This document shows, piece after piece, positions 34,356 through 43,093 of a DNA stretch of 64,000 nucleotides (positions are counted from its first letter, which is position 1; every line of letters begins with the position of its first letter). Both the position numbers and the translations under genes were made by a program. The stretch lies in the IMG/VR virus record IMGVR_UViG_3300023296_000874, positions 31,594 to 95,593 of that record. The stretch is one strand, 5' to 3'. Source of the stretch: a virus. The notes below the pieces were generated by a model. That model did not search any database. It was not told where the DNA came from and saw only the letters and a list, made by a program, of their open reading frames with translations.

Positions 34356-35081
34356 TCAGCCCGTCGCCCGAGCCTTGTCGCCCAACACGCTGTCGGCCGT
34401 CACGAAGGTTGCGCCCGCATCACCGAGGGTGCGGAGGCTGAAGTTCATGCCACCCTCGTCACCGCTCACGGGAGGCACATCGAGCGCCACACAGGCGTCG
34501 GTCACCACTTCCACGGTGTAGCCACGCTCGAGCAGTCCGGTCACGAAGCCGTCAACGCAGAAGCCGCCGAGGCAGTAGCCAAACACGCGGAAGATCACGT
34601 TGTCCTTGCCGCCCATCTCTTCCACGAGGTGTGCGATGTACGCCTCAGCGATGGGGTTGCTGAAGGCGCTGTACACCTCCTTCTCGAAGTAGAGGCCGAC
34701 GCCCGCAAGAGCCTCGGTCGTGAACTCCGTGGAGCCGTACACGCGGGGGCCGTTCCCAGCCTTGTCCTCGCCGATGCAGCCGTCGCCACCCCAGCTCATG
34801 GGGAGGAAGCGGAAGCGGGGAGGCAGCGTGCCGTCGAGCTTCAGCCAGTCCCAGGTGCCCTTGACGGCGTGGGTGGGGAAGATGCCACCGTTGTCGATGA
34901 ACTCCCAAGCGTCGTAGCTGTGGCTGTCCACGCAGCCAATGAGGGGCTCGTTGGTGGCAAGGGCGCGAGCCACAAGGCCACGAATGCGGTCGTTGACGGT
35001 GTCGTCAGCGACGGAGAGGTTGCCGTCCTTGTGTGCGAAGGCGTTGGCGGTGTCGACGTCGACGTTGATGTAGCGGGCCAT
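34356..35081 (-). CDS. Nicotinamidase/isochorismatase-family cysteine hydrolase (PncA-like)
   Basis: Alignable by eye to M. tuberculosis PncA: VDVDTANAF (cf. VDVQNDF), YFEKEVYSAFS (Lys region), GYCLGGFCV (Cys region). Confidence 0.6.
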   Translation of the reverse strand: MARYINVDVDTANAFAHKDGNLSVADDTVNDRIRGLVARALATNEPLIGCVDSHSYDAWEFIDNGGIFPTHAVKGTWDWLKLDGTLPPRFRFLPMSWGGDGCIGEDKAGNGPRVYGSTEFTTEALAGVGLYFEKEVYSAFSNPIAEAYIAHLVEEMGGKDNVIFRVFGYCLGGFCVDGFVTGLLERGYTVEVVTDACVALDVPPVSGDEGGMNFSLRTLGDAGATFVTADSVLGDKARATG

Positions 35082-35083
35082 GA

Positions 35084-35743
35084 TCAGGTCTCCTTGGAGA
35101 AGCGGTAGGTTGTTCGTCGGCCTTTGCTCTGCTCAGTCACCGGTTCGATGACGCCCAGCGCAGTAGCCTTCTTTCTCAAGTTCGAGCTGTCTTCCGCCTT
35201 GCCCGTGATGTGTCCCATCAGGTCGCGGTAGTCGCTCATGTTGAAGTTCATGTAGAGGAAGCCCGCAACCACGTCCGGGTCGTAGCGGTGCTTCTTGAGG
35301 AATTCCTGAGCGAACTCAAGGATGCCCCGATGGTCGAATGCAAGGTCCATGTTCAGCGCAGCGGCGAGTGGCGTCCACCCGTCGTGTCCCCTGAATACGT
35401 GGGAGATCGGGCAGATGTGCGCCACGCTGAGCACCTTGTCGCGGGTGTCCCGGTCGAAGCCGTCAAAGACGTGCATCTGTACCGGTTGAACCTGCGCGTG
35501 TGCCTCGGGCACGTAGCGTCGTAGGGAGCGGCGTACCGCATCAAAGAGGAGTTCGTTGGGCTTCACAAACGCGCCGGGGAGCGCCAACTGGCCCATCGCC
35601 GGAGGGTTGCGCCGCCTGATGAGCTTCACGCGGAGCTCAGGGTCTACCACTACAACGTCCACCGCCAGAGGCGGGTTCTTGTACTGCGAACGGTCGTAGT
35701 CCGCAAAGTACTCTTCGTCGGTGATGTGGGTTTCGTCGGGCAC
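35084..35743 (-). CDS. NrtR-like regulator: degenerate Nudix domain plus C-terminal winged HTH
   Basis: Degenerate Nudix box LPGAFVKPNELLFDAVRRSLRRYVPEA. C-terminal wHTH-like DYRDLMGHITG...NLRKKATALGVIEPV...GRRTTYRF. 3 nt upstream of the pncA-like gene. Confidence 0.5.
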   Translation of the reverse strand: MPDETHITDEEYFADYDRSQYKNPPLAVDVVVVDPELRVKLIRRRNPPAMGQLALPGAFVKPNELLFDAVRRSLRRYVPEAHAQVQPVQMHVFDGFDRDTRDKVLSVAHICPISHVFRGHDGWTPLAAALNMDLAFDHRGILEFAQEFLKKHRYDPDVVAGFLYMNFNMSDYRDLMGHITGKAEDSSNLRKKATALGVIEPVTEQSKGRRTTYRFSKET

Positions 35744-35792
35744 GCTGGTTATTCCTACTTGTTACTTGGTACGTTTTACCTTGTTGTCAGTA

Positions 35793-35821
35793 TAACGCCA
35801 GCGATGTGCAGAAAGTTAGAC
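35793..35821 (-). promoter_or_regulatory. Promoter-like motif TAACG-N17-GTTAGAC upstream of the nrtR-like/pncA-like pair
   Basis: Motif family. Confidence 0.45.
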
Positions 35822-35833
35822 TTTCATTTCGAA

Positions 35834-36169
35834 CTATTCGCCATCCAATTCGCTCTTGAGGTAGGAGATGGTGCGGTCGATGTCCGGGTCGGCCAGGTAG
35901 AACCGAGCCGTGTGGTAGGGAGTGGCGTCATGGTGGCGATACATCACCACGAACCAGCCTTGTGCCTCGAAATACGTCCGGAAGCCCTCATGGTCAGGGG
36001 GCCGCAGCGACACGTCTCGGTCGCTGTACCCTCGCTCTCGGAGTCGGGCCACCCAACTGGGGTAGCGAGAGAATCCCTGGATAGTGCTCTGCGCGGCTTG
36101 GTGAGCCTCTACGGTCAGTCCCACGATCTCCGGAATGAACGGGATCGGTACCTCACAGGTGTCAAGCAT
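35834..36169 (-). CDS. Hypothetical protein (start uncertain)
   Basis: ORF track; the Gly-rich N-terminal extension is unlikely. Confidence 0.4.
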   Translation of the reverse strand: MLDTCEVPIPFIPEIVGLTVEAHQAAQSTIQGFSRYPSWVARLRERGYSDRDVSLRPPDHEGFRTYFEAQGWFVVMYRHHDATPYHTARFYLADPDIDRTISYLKSELDGE

Positions 36170-36212
36170 GTACTCCCCTTCTAAGCACTCAACGTGGTCA
36201 GGTACGGAATAC

Positions 36213-36527
36213 TCAGAGGTATTTCGGGTCCTGCCACCAGTCCTGGCTTTCCAAATCAAGCATCTCGTAGAGGCGGTCTGGAAGTTCCGACAGCCCTTCC
36301 TCCCTGAACCACTCCCCACGCCACCGAATGCGGTAGCTGCGAAGTCGCCCATGGATGTAGAACTCGGTGGGTCCCTCTTTGGGGACGAGCAGGATGACCT
36401 TCAGCGTGTAGGGGTTCCCGGTCTGAAGCTCGTTGAGGCGGCGCTCAATGTCCTTGGTGCGTCCGATCTTCACCACCCCGGTCACCGCCGCTTGGATGAT
36501 GTACAGGTCCTCCCCAAACGATTTCAC
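36213..36527 (-). CDS. T5orf172/GIY-YIG-like domain protein
   Basis: LYIIQAAVTGVVKIGRTKDIERRLNELQTGNPY matches the T5orf172 (MUG113) signature. Confidence 0.6.
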   Translation of the reverse strand: MKSFGEDLYIIQAAVTGVVKIGRTKDIERRLNELQTGNPYTLKVILLVPKEGPTEFYIHGRLRSYRIRWRGEWFREEGLSELPDRLYEMLDLESQDWWQDPKYL

Positions 36528-37480
36528 AGGAAGAACGGGCTCTCCTCTACTACCGGCTGAGCAGGCAGGAGGAAAGAGACGTAGCGGGGTGAGGGGTCGA
36601 ACGGATTGAACTTGCGCTTGTAGGTCGCGTTGAAGCCATGCTTGCCACCTTCACCGATGGCTACTCCATCAGCTACGTGGGTCACACCCTGTCGCGCCAT
36701 GTCGGCAAAGCAGTCGTGTTGAGCCCATGCACTCAGGTTCGGTATGCCTCTGTCACATGCCATGCCTGTCGTGTGGCCCCAGCACGTTTCTGTCATGGGT
36801 TGGTTGAGGTGGATCACGAGCGGCTCTCCGTCAATGCGGTAGAGCCGGTTGATGCCGTCCTCGTAGTGCCGGTCGAGAATGTACTCGTATTTCCGGTAGT
36901 TGATGTTCATGCCGCCGCGCTCCTTGGACTCCTTGACCCAACGCTTCATCACCGCGCGGGCCTCCTCCAGGTTTCCGGAGTCGATGGGCTCAGCCGTGTA
37001 GCCGGTGGTGGTCCGCTTGAAGGCGTTGATGTCAGCTCGGAGGCGACGCCACTTCTTTCCAGAGAGTGTGTCGATCCCTGCAATGTCGTAGGTGTACTCG
37101 CCGTACTCACTGAATTTCCCAGGAGTGAGCTTGACGCCCTCTGCCATGAAGGCCGCAGCGATATCAGCGGCCCAGGAGGCTGGGACGTTCTCAATCTTGA
37201 GGTTCTTGTCCGTGCTTCCCTTGTACGCCTGCCACCACGCAACCAACTCGGGAATGACTGCGTCCTTGTCACCGTAGGCTCGGTAGACACGGTAGTATTT
37301 CCCGTACTTCACACTGAAGAGGAGAAGCGTGTCCTCGCTGACGACCTTGTTGCCCTTGAACACTCCGTGGTTGATGAACCCGTAAGTGTAGGGGAGGCAG
37401 TCGGTCATTGTAGCTACACCGTCCATACGTGAACGGATGAAGGGGATGTCTGCCGTGGTCAGCGGGGTAGTTTCACTCAT
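36524..37480 (-). CDS. FemABX/MprF C-terminal (DUF2156)-like tandem-GNAT protein, paralog B (tentative aminoacyl-tRNA-dependent transferase)
   Basis: GKKWRRLRADINAFKR (cf. GKKYKxLRxxxNRFxR of DUF2156/Fem), YYRVYR, TCWGHT, RQGVTHVADG. Paralog of 38198..39166. Confidence 0.45.
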   Translation of the reverse strand: MSETTPLTTADIPFIRSRMDGVATMTDCLPYTYGFINHGVFKGNKVVSEDTLLLFSVKYGKYYRVYRAYGDKDAVIPELVAWWQAYKGSTDKNLKIENVPASWAADIAAAFMAEGVKLTPGKFSEYGEYTYDIAGIDTLSGKKWRRLRADINAFKRTTTGYTAEPIDSGNLEEARAVMKRWVKESKERGGMNINYRKYEYILDRHYEDGINRLYRIDGEPLVIHLNQPMTETCWGHTTGMACDRGIPNLSAWAQHDCFADMARQGVTHVADGVAIGEGGKHGFNATYKRKFNPFDPSPRYVSFLLPAQPVVEESPFFL

Positions 37481-38216
37481 CGAAGAGGCTCATGTATTCG
37501 TGGTCATCACCACCCAAGATGTCCGGGTGGATCAGGCGCTCGGGAACGTCGGGAGCTTCTGCGCCGCCTGAGGTCTCCCGGTGAAGGTAGAAGGGCCGGT
37601 TGTACTTGAGAACCGTCGTAGGGAGGAAGTCCCTCGGGCCTGTGTAGTAGAAACCGTCCACGCCGGTAGATGCAGCGATGGCTGCTTCCATGCGCGGGTC
37701 AAGAGTGGCAACCGGAATGCCCTGGCTCTTGAACTTGAGCGTGATGACTGCGTAGCCCTTCTCGGCCTTGGCGTTCAAGAGGTCGAACAGCATCCCAACG
37801 TCTTCGGGTCCGGTGGTGGTGAACAGCACGCCGCAAGAGAGGACGAAGTCCCACGTCGGGGCCTTGTTCAGCTCTTCCCAGTAGTTCCCGATGCGGAAGT
37901 CGTACTCCGGCACTCGGGTTCGGGCGTCCAGCACGTTGGCAGGGACGATGTCGAACCCTTGGTACTTCAGCTCGGGCCTCTGGTCGCGTAGCATCTCAGC
38001 CAGCGTGCCCGTGCCGCACCCACACTCGAGAATGGAGGTGGCGTTGGCTGGGATCAGGTCGATGAGGCCCTGCCAATGAGCAACCATGTCCTCGGGAGAG
38101 TACTTGTACCACTTGAAGCGGGTGGTGTCGTCAGGGTCCTCGTACTTCCCGGCTGACCGAGTGTAGGAGTCCCGCCAACGGAGGATCGTTTCATCTGCTA
38201 CTGGAATGGAAGACAT
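37473..38216 (-). CDS. Class I SAM-dependent methyltransferase
   Basis: Motif I ILECGCGTGTLAEML. Sits between the two paralogs. Confidence 0.75.
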   Translation of the reverse strand: MSSIPVADETILRWRDSYTRSAGKYEDPDDTTRFKWYKYSPEDMVAHWQGLIDLIPANATSILECGCGTGTLAEMLRDQRPELKYQGFDIVPANVLDARTRVPEYDFRIGNYWEELNKAPTWDFVLSCGVLFTTTGPEDVGMLFDLLNAKAEKGYAVITLKFKSQGIPVATLDPRMEAAIAASTGVDGFYYTGPRDFLPTTVLKYNRPFYLHRETSGGAEAPDVPERLIHPDILGGDDHEYMSLFDE

Positions 38217-39166
38217 TCATCATCCTCATACTTGCCGTCAATGGCCAGCCTGACACCGGACACGGCACCCTCGATAGGGCGGAATTTGTCCTTGTTCTTG
38301 AAGTTGGCGACACGCTGTCCATCTGCGATGTGCGTGACGCCGCGTTGCTGAAGAAGGCAGAACGCCTCCCAGCTTGACCACTCCCACAGGCCTCGGGGCC
38401 TGAACAGCGTGCCGTCTTCCTGCTCGGTGCCCAAAGCAATCCCAAGAGTGTGAGCCCAGCACGTGTCGGTGATCTTGTGCATGATCTGAAGGGCTACGGG
38501 CTCTCCCGCCACCTTGTAGAGCAGATGCATACAATCGTCGGTCCTGAAGTTGTCGAAGGCGTAGGTGTACTGCTTGAAGTTGAGGTTGAAGACGTTCCTC
38601 ACCTTCCTTGCCTGACGTGCCCACTCCTTGATGACGTACCATGCCTCCGTGTGCGTGACGTCCTCTACAACCTGGATCACTTCCCGTTCGGGGTTGTCCC
38701 TCTTGAACTTATTGAGGTCCCGGCGAAGCCTGACGTACTTCTTGCCCGGCATCTCGGTGATGCAGTCGATGGGAATCACGTCCTCGGGCCACACGTTGCG
38801 CTCCACGGAGCCAGCGATGGTGTCGAGGTACGGGAAGAGTGCCTGTCCGGTCTCCTCCGCGAGGTACATGAAGATCAGCTTGTCAGCCTCGTCGCGATAG
38901 CGGGCAATCCACGCCTTGAGCAGCTCAAGCTGGTCAGGCAGTGGTCCCCAAGAGCGGTAGACGCGGTAGTAGGTCTTCCCCTTGCCACGTTTGATGTGAA
39001 ACAGCAATGCCGCCGTGTCACTCTCGTAGAGATGCGCCTTGAAGGAGCTGTTCGCTCCCAGTGCGTAGGGAGGGCAGTCGTAGTAGCTCAGACTGTCCTC
39101 AGGTACGAGCGAGGCTACACGCGCCGCTGACGCTGGGGTCATGTCTGTCGTCTGAATGTCAGTCAT
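38198..39166 (-). CDS. FemABX/MprF C-terminal (DUF2156)-like tandem-GNAT protein, paralog A
   Basis: GKKYVRLRRDLNKFKR, YYRVYRSWG, TCWAHT, QQRGVTHIADG. Confidence 0.45.
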   Translation of the reverse strand: MTDIQTTDMTPASAARVASLVPEDSLSYYDCPPYALGANSSFKAHLYESDTAALLFHIKRGKGKTYYRVYRSWGPLPDQLELLKAWIARYRDEADKLIFMYLAEETGQALFPYLDTIAGSVERNVWPEDVIPIDCITEMPGKKYVRLRRDLNKFKRDNPEREVIQVVEDVTHTEAWYVIKEWARQARKVRNVFNLNFKQYTYAFDNFRTDDCMHLLYKVAGEPVALQIMHKITDTCWAHTLGIALGTEQEDGTLFRPRGLWEWSSWEAFCLLQQRGVTHIADGQRVANFKNKDKFRPIEGAVSGVRLAIDGKYEDDECLPFQ

Positions 39167-40010
39167 TCATCTTGTCCGGCTGCATGAAGGTTTGCCTCAC
39201 TCCGATTACCCAGAACAAGTCACCTGGCTCGATAAAGGGAATCGATTTCGCTTCATAGATCGGGTCAAGAGCGATACCACGCCAATACGGGTCCTTGTAG
39301 GGCTGATGGTAGTCGAGAGGAGAGCGAACGAGCGTGACCATGTCCTTCCAATGGGTGTCACGGATGTTGACCATGACGTCGCTGTCAGCTTCTTCCCACA
39401 TGGAGGAGTAGTCGTTGGTGATGGGAGCGTACTTTCCAAGCCTGTCGTTGGGGTCTGCGCCCACTACAACGCCGAGCACGGGTACGTCCCACCCAATGTC
39501 GAGCAGTCCGTGGAGAAGGCCGGACAGGCTCATAGCTGAACCCACAGGAATGACGATGCGCTTCGCTTCTCGTGGAAGGTTCGCTGCCTGCCCACGGGTC
39601 TGCTGCACGGCTTCCCAGCAATCCATTCCGAAGGGGATGTCTGCCCACCCGAGCCTCTTGGCGTCTTCCCGAGCTCGAGAGATGATGACGCTGTTGTAGC
39701 CCGCGCGGTGTTGAACCACCTCAGCTCCAGCGGCCTTGGCAGCGAGTACCTCGGGCGACAATTCACCTTCGGGAGTGTGAACCCTACACGGAATGCCGAG
39801 CTTCTGGGCGATGTGGGCGACGATGTTCACCTGCGGGCTGGATCGGCTACCCGCCGTCACCAAACCCTTCGCTCCTTGAGCGAGGTGCCAACAGGTGCGA
39901 ACTTTCCCACCCGGTACTCCTCCTACAATGAACTTGTCGTCGCGCTTGACCCACACATCCCCGTGTTTCTCAACAGGGGTGAGGGCCTTGGGGTCCGTTA
40001 CATGATCCAC
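39159..40010 (-). CDS. PLP-dependent enzyme, fold type II (ACC deaminase/D-cysteine desulfhydrase family-like)
   Basis: VKRDDKFIVGGVPGGKVR (cf. KRDDL..GGNKxRK). Confidence 0.6.
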   Translation of the reverse strand: MDHVTDPKALTPVEKHGDVWVKRDDKFIVGGVPGGKVRTCWHLAQGAKGLVTAGSRSSPQVNIVAHIAQKLGIPCRVHTPEGELSPEVLAAKAAGAEVVQHRAGYNSVIISRAREDAKRLGWADIPFGMDCWEAVQQTRGQAANLPREAKRIVIPVGSAMSLSGLLHGLLDIGWDVPVLGVVVGADPNDRLGKYAPITNDYSSMWEEADSDVMVNIRDTHWKDMVTLVRSPLDYHQPYKDPYWRGIALDPIYEAKSIPFIEPGDLFWVIGVRQTFMQPDKMND

Positions 40011-40071
40011 GTACTGTCCTCCGAGTGGTGCTCAGAGTCCAGTAACGGTCGAAAACGGTCCAAGTAGGCAA

Positions 40072-40401
40072 TCAGACCCGCTTCGTCACCTTGACTACTG
40101 CTTGGTAGAGGTCCGGCAGGCTCTCTTTGCCGCCCTTGGACTCTACGTTGTCCCAGTGAATGAGTGCCACAACCTGCGCGGTGTGGTCTCCATCAGCCAT
40201 CCGCCTGGCAAGCTGTCCACCATCTCGAGCAGCGCCCTTCCGATCCGCGTCGGGAGAGGTGTACTCGTACTTGCCGGAGTCGGTCAAGCCTCGTGGTCGT
40301 CGGTCAGCGGCCCGGAGGATGTCCTTCCAGTTCGGATGGGGGAGGTCAGCCAGCAGTTCAGCGTGCTTCAAGGTGTCAATTCGGATGACGTGGTCTTGCA
40401 T
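40072..40401 (-). CDS. Hypothetical protein
   Basis: ORF track. Confidence 0.45.
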   Translation of the reverse strand: MQDHVIRIDTLKHAELLADLPHPNWKDILRAADRRPRGLTDSGKYEYTSPDADRKGAARDGGQLARRMADGDHTAQVVALIHWDNVESKGGKESLPDLYQAVVKVTKRV

Positions 40402-41126
40402 CAGATCTCCCTCAGGGTGTCACGGATGTACGCGCCAGCTCTGAACAGTGATTCAAACGTTCCAGCGTCCGTCCACCACCCGTCACATACCCTGAAGCTG
40501 AGCTCGCCGCTTCGGAGGTAGTAGAGATGGAGGTCGGTCACTTCGAGCTCGCCCCGTTCGGAGGGCTCAAGTCGGTCAATCACGTCCCACACACGCCGGT
40601 CAAAGCAGTAGAGGCCCGTGATTGCGAGTGGGGAGATGTACTCTTTCGGCTTCTCGATGATGTGGGTCACCTTGGGGCCGCGCACCACAGCTACGCCGAA
40701 GCGGTGAGGGTCGTCCACCTCTTTGAGGAGGATGCGCCCACCACTGTCGAAGGAGCGGATGAAGTCCTCGGTCACACCAGGCTCGAACACGTTGTCGCCC
40801 AAGATGACACACACGTCATCCCCGTCAACGAAGTCCTTGGCGTAATGCAGAGCAGCGGGGATACCGCCAGCTCCATCCTGGTAGGTGTAGTGGATGTTCA
40901 CCTCGGGGCCGAAGGTCTTCTTCCCGTTGCCCAAGAGCTGAAGGAAGTCACCTGCCCAGTTGCCCCCGGTCACGATCATGATCTCTGTCACCCCTGCGCC
41001 CACGAGTGTCGCGATTGGGTAGTGAATCATGGGCTTGTCGTAGATCGGAAGCAGGTGCTTGTTGGTGACGGCGGTCAGCGGTAGTAGTCGCGAGCCGTAC
41101 CCGCCTGCCAAGATGACTCCTTTCAT
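40401..41126 (-). CDS. Sugar-phosphate nucleotidyltransferase (RmlA/GlmU-like NDP-sugar pyrophosphorylase)
   Basis: MKGVILAGGYGSRLLPLT (GGxGxRLxPLT). Confidence 0.8.
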   Translation of the reverse strand: MKGVILAGGYGSRLLPLTAVTNKHLLPIYDKPMIHYPIATLVGAGVTEIMIVTGGNWAGDFLQLLGNGKKTFGPEVNIHYTYQDGAGGIPAALHYAKDFVDGDDVCVILGDNVFEPGVTEDFIRSFDSGGRILLKEVDDPHRFGVAVVRGPKVTHIIEKPKEYISPLAITGLYCFDRRVWDVIDRLEPSERGELEVTDLHLYYLRSGELSFRVCDGWWTDAGTFESLFRAGAYIRDTLREI

Positions 41127-41152
41127 GTGTATCTCCTTCTGGAGAGCCAGAC

Positions 41153-41180
41153 CTACAAATGGATCATGATCCTTTTGTAG
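41153..41180. promoter_or_regulatory. Near-perfect 28-bp palindrome CTACAAATGGATCATGATCCTTTTGTAG (26/28) in the divergent intergenic region; candidate operator; contains two GATC sites
   Basis: Reverse-complement identity at 26/28 positions; central GGATCATGATCC is itself a perfect palindrome. Confidence 0.5.
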
Positions 41181-41216
41181 ACGCCGGATGCAAGACCAGT
41201 CGTCTCCGGAGGCATC

Positions 41217-41783
41217 ATGGACCGCATTGCATTTGCTCAGAAGATCAGCCTACTCGCCGACAAGGTGGCGCTGGGCAGCAAGGAGCCTCTCGAGCTCGTA
41301 CCGGAGGGAGGCAAGACCCCTTCGAAGAAGGAGATCTCGAAGGCGTGGCCGAACCTCACCTACAAGGGCGACACCATCCACCCTATGAAGAGTGGAAACC
41401 TCTACGAGAAGTGGCAGGACAAGGCTGAGGACAAGCTCCGAGACGATGAGGGCATCGACAGCTTCCAAGAGGTGTATCTCGGGTACGACCCCAAGAAGGA
41501 CCTCTTCGTCATGGGTTGGGACCTGTGGCCCGGTGAGGAAGAGTACGACGAGGATGACGAGTACGGAGAAGACGAGGATGGCTACGGACGCTACTCCTCA
41601 GAGGGACCTCGGAAGGCTGCCGTCAAGAAGCAGGCGAACGACATGGGCTACGCACTCGCCACCATCAAGGATGGCAGGGTGAAGAGCGTTGAGGACTACT
41701 GGCCCGGAGGTGGCTTCTACCGCCACGGGCTCAAGATTGTTCACTCCCACTACAACGGAATCCTCGACCTCAGGCTCGACTGA
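41217..41783 (+). CDS. Hypothetical acidic protein (plus-strand island)
   Basis: ORF track; first gene after the divergent region. Confidence 0.55.
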   Translation: MDRIAFAQKISLLADKVALGSKEPLELVPEGGKTPSKKEISKAWPNLTYKGDTIHPMKSGNLYEKWQDKAEDKLRDDEGIDSFQEVYLGYDPKKDLFVMGWDLWPGEEEYDEDDEYGEDEDGYGRYSSEGPRKAAVKKQANDMGYALATIKDGRVKSVEDYWPGGGFYRHGLKIVHSHYNGILDLRLD

Positions 41784-42682
41784 TGCACCCAACCCTGAAC
41801 AGACTTGCACTCCTTGAGGTCCGGCTCCGCACGGCTGAGATCAGGGAGGCGGTCCGCCATGTGGTAGCCAAGAGCTTCTACCGTAGGCGGGAGGCATCTG
41901 TTCGACACCTCACTCCGGAGGTGCTGACTGCCTTTGCAGAGGGATTCTGTGAGCAGCCACACAACGTCCGTGAGGCAGGCATTGGCGACATCGTCAAGAA
42001 GCTCTCCAAGCTGGTGAAGCTGTTCCGTCGCGCGCCCAAGCTGCTCGAGCGGATGAAAGAGTTCCTGGGAGATCTTGACCCTCGCACGATCCTGAAGTGG
42101 GCGAAGGACGGTGTACGTGCTGCCGGGCGGAAGATTCAGAAGGCCGTCAAGTCATGGCCGCTGGCCATGTTCTTCTTCCCCAAGAGCAAGCTTCCGTCAC
42201 TGAGCGACATGATCGCCAACATCGTCAACGGCACCCGGATTGGAGACCTGCTCAAGAAGGTACAGAGCAAGGCGGTGTCGGTAGATGTATGGCTTGAAAA
42301 GCACCCTATCATCAAGGGGATGTCGAAGCCGGTGCTTGCGGCAGCATTCATCTTCATCTGGATCAACGTCTCTGAGATCTCGTGGGACATGGAGAGCATC
42401 TTCCGTGGCTTCACGGGGCAGATGCCCTTCAGCGAGGTACTGACCTCACTGCCTGAGAGTGCAATCGGCCTGGTGTTTGCCAGCATGGGGATTGGATACG
42501 GCTTCATGGGACCGGTTCTCATGGCGCGCATCATTTGGCTTGTGGCCTCGAACTACGTCGAGTACGTCCCCGGACGTGGCTTCAAGGTGTTCTGGGACGT
42601 CATGGGCAAGTACACACCGGAGAGCGGTACGTTCCTCGACCGGACGCCTGACGTACAGTTCTTCAAGTGGAGCCCCTCATGA
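41783..42682 (+). CDS. Membrane-associated hypothetical protein
   Basis: C-terminal hydrophobic helices AAAFIFIWINV, IGLVFASMGIGYGFMGPVLMARIIWLV. Confidence 0.55.
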   Translation: MHPTLNRLALLEVRLRTAEIREAVRHVVAKSFYRRREASVRHLTPEVLTAFAEGFCEQPHNVREAGIGDIVKKLSKLVKLFRRAPKLLERMKEFLGDLDPRTILKWAKDGVRAAGRKIQKAVKSWPLAMFFFPKSKLPSLSDMIANIVNGTRIGDLLKKVQSKAVSVDVWLEKHPIIKGMSKPVLAAAFIFIWINVSEISWDMESIFRGFTGQMPFSEVLTSLPESAIGLVFASMGIGYGFMGPVLMARIIWLVASNYVEYVPGRGFKVFWDVMGKYTPESGTFLDRTPDVQFFKWSPS

Positions 42683-43092
42683 GCGACAAGACCGCCGCCC
42701 GCACCCTACGTGAGTTCCTCCTGGCCGGGCAGACTGGACAGGACGATACTCGTGAGCTGCTCCCCTACTCAGGTGTGAACGGACCCAAGGTTCGGACCCT
42801 CCCAGAGGCCATCGCACACTCCAAGACCACGTCAGAGGACAGTGAGGAGTGGTTCAAGGCGAACACCCCGTACCACGGGCGTGATGTGATCGAGCACTTC
42901 GACGAGCTTGTGGGGCAGTTCACCGGGGCAGAGGTACGACCTCGTCCCGGTAGGGACGTTGACCTCATCTCAGGGAAGAGCGGACTCCAAACAAAGGGCT
43001 ACAGCGAGGACCACTACACCGCTGTGCCTCAGACCTTCGAGGAGCTTTGCCTCGCGGCAATGGACCAAGAAGGCAAGACACCAAGGGAGTAG
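42679..43092 (+). CDS. Hypothetical protein (start MSDKTAART)
   Basis: ORF track; 4-nt overlap coupling. Confidence 0.5.
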   Translation: MSDKTAARTLREFLLAGQTGQDDTRELLPYSGVNGPKVRTLPEAIAHSKTTSEDSEEWFKANTPYHGRDVIEHFDELVGQFTGAEVRPRPGRDVDLISGKSGLQTKGYSEDHYTAVPQTFEELCLAAMDQEGKTPRE

Positions 43093-43093
43093 C

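Noticed and set aside
40010-40040. Possible extra promoter-motif copy upstream of the PLP-enzyme gene (ACG-N19-CTCAGAG)
   Set aside because: Spacer of 19 instead of 17-18 and the CGTT element is replaced by ACGTG. Too divergent to count.
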